Source: Octopus bimaculoides (lineage: Eukaryota). From it: a stretch of 33,196 bases of DNA. Positions within the stretch are counted from its first letter, which is position 1, and each line of letters starts with the position of its first letter. This document shows, piece by piece, positions 32,570 to 33,196 of this stretch. The notes below the pieces were generated by a model, which was given only the letters and a program-made list of their open reading frames with translations, did not search any database and was not told the origin of the DNA. A program made the translations under genes and the position numbers. The stretch lies in NCBI RefSeq assembly GCF_001194135.2, contig NC_069002.1, positions 6,814,770 to 6,847,965 on the forward strand, read 5' to 3'.

Positions 32570-32724
32570 GGGTACAGGACGTCACCAACAGTAAACAACA
32601 TGAAATACGAAAACAAATGAGTTCAATACGCAAACAATGACAAAAACATATAGAAAGCAGGACAAGTAACATAAAGAACGACCCTTCATTAGTTGTCGGC
32701 TGTCTATCCAGCCCTTATTTCGAG
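32570..32724 (-). repeat. dispersed repeat, copy 2 (see 26670-26830)
   Basis: Minus strand CTCGAAATAAGGGCTGGATAGACAGCCGACAACTAATGAAGGGTCGTTCTTTATGTT. Confidence 0.7.
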
Positions 32725-32726
32725 GT

Positions 32727-33109
32727 GTAGGCGTGTCTGTGTGGTGAGAAGTTTGCTTCCCGACAACCTGGTCTCGGGTTCAGTCCCACAGCATGATATA
32801 TTGGGCAAGTGTCTTCTACTATAGCCTCGCACCGACCAAAGCCTTGTGAGTGGATTTGGTTGACGGAAACTGAAAGAAGCCCGTTGTGTCTATATACTTA
32901 TGTGCCTGTGTTTATCCTCCCACCATCGTTTGACAACCGATGCTGGTGTGTTTACGTCCCCGTAGCTTAGCGGTTCGGCAAAAGAGACCGATAGAATAAG
33001 TACTAGGCTTACAAAGAATAAGTTCTGGGGGTCGATTTGCTCGACTAAAGGCGGTGCTCCAGCATGGCCGCTGTCAAATGATTGAAACAAGTAAAAGAGT
33101 AAAAGAGTA
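32727..33109 (+). mobile_element. full-length composite CORE-like SINE (possibly the octopus OR2-type family)
   Basis: A-box-like GTGTCTGTGTGG, B-box-like GGGTTCAGTCCC, CORE-like TTGGGCAAGTGTCTTCTAC, short microsatellite, 3' module and tail GTAAAAGAGTAAAAGAGTA. The family name is from recollection and unverified. Confidence 0.9.
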
Positions 33110-33196
33110 TATATACACACATATATATATTGAGATATATATGTATATATATTTATATATATGCATGTGTGTCTATGTATATATACATATATGCAT

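Noticed and set aside
6043-33109. tRNA genes or a CRISPR-like array from recurring GGTCGA/GTTCAAATTCC motifs
   Set aside because: The A/B boxes belong to SINE heads with no cloverleaf or acceptor stem, and the repeats are dispersed with no regular spacers.

Overview
AT-rich, repeat-saturated eukaryotic DNA from a draft assembly. The SINE families and microsatellite load point to an octopus (coleoid cephalopod) genome; this is inferred from remembered repeat sequences, not from a database search. Fourteen N-gaps total 5,841 bp (about 18%), and twelve abut a microsatellite. No host protein-coding gene, rRNA, true tRNA or CRISPR array can be supported, and almost every ORF in the supplied track is an artefact of microsatellites or N-runs. 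What is supported: (1) about 25 copies or fragments of tRNA-derived SINEs built from interchangeable modules (Meta-like or CORE-like centres, several tails), including a dimeric form flanked by target-site duplications (TSDs); (2) fossils of three autonomous elements: an R4/Dong-like LINE RT, a CR1/L2-group LINE fragment and a Tc1/mariner transposase N-terminus; (3) two hammerhead-ribozyme-like motifs of the minimal type associated with Penelope-like elements, each with a defect; (4) a decayed charged reading frame split by a SINE; (5) a few short candidate exons on both strands that cannot be assembled into a gene. The window most likely is intronic or intergenic. I find no evidence of a new multi-gene system. 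The most interesting signals are the hammerhead relics and the modular and dimeric SINE architecture.
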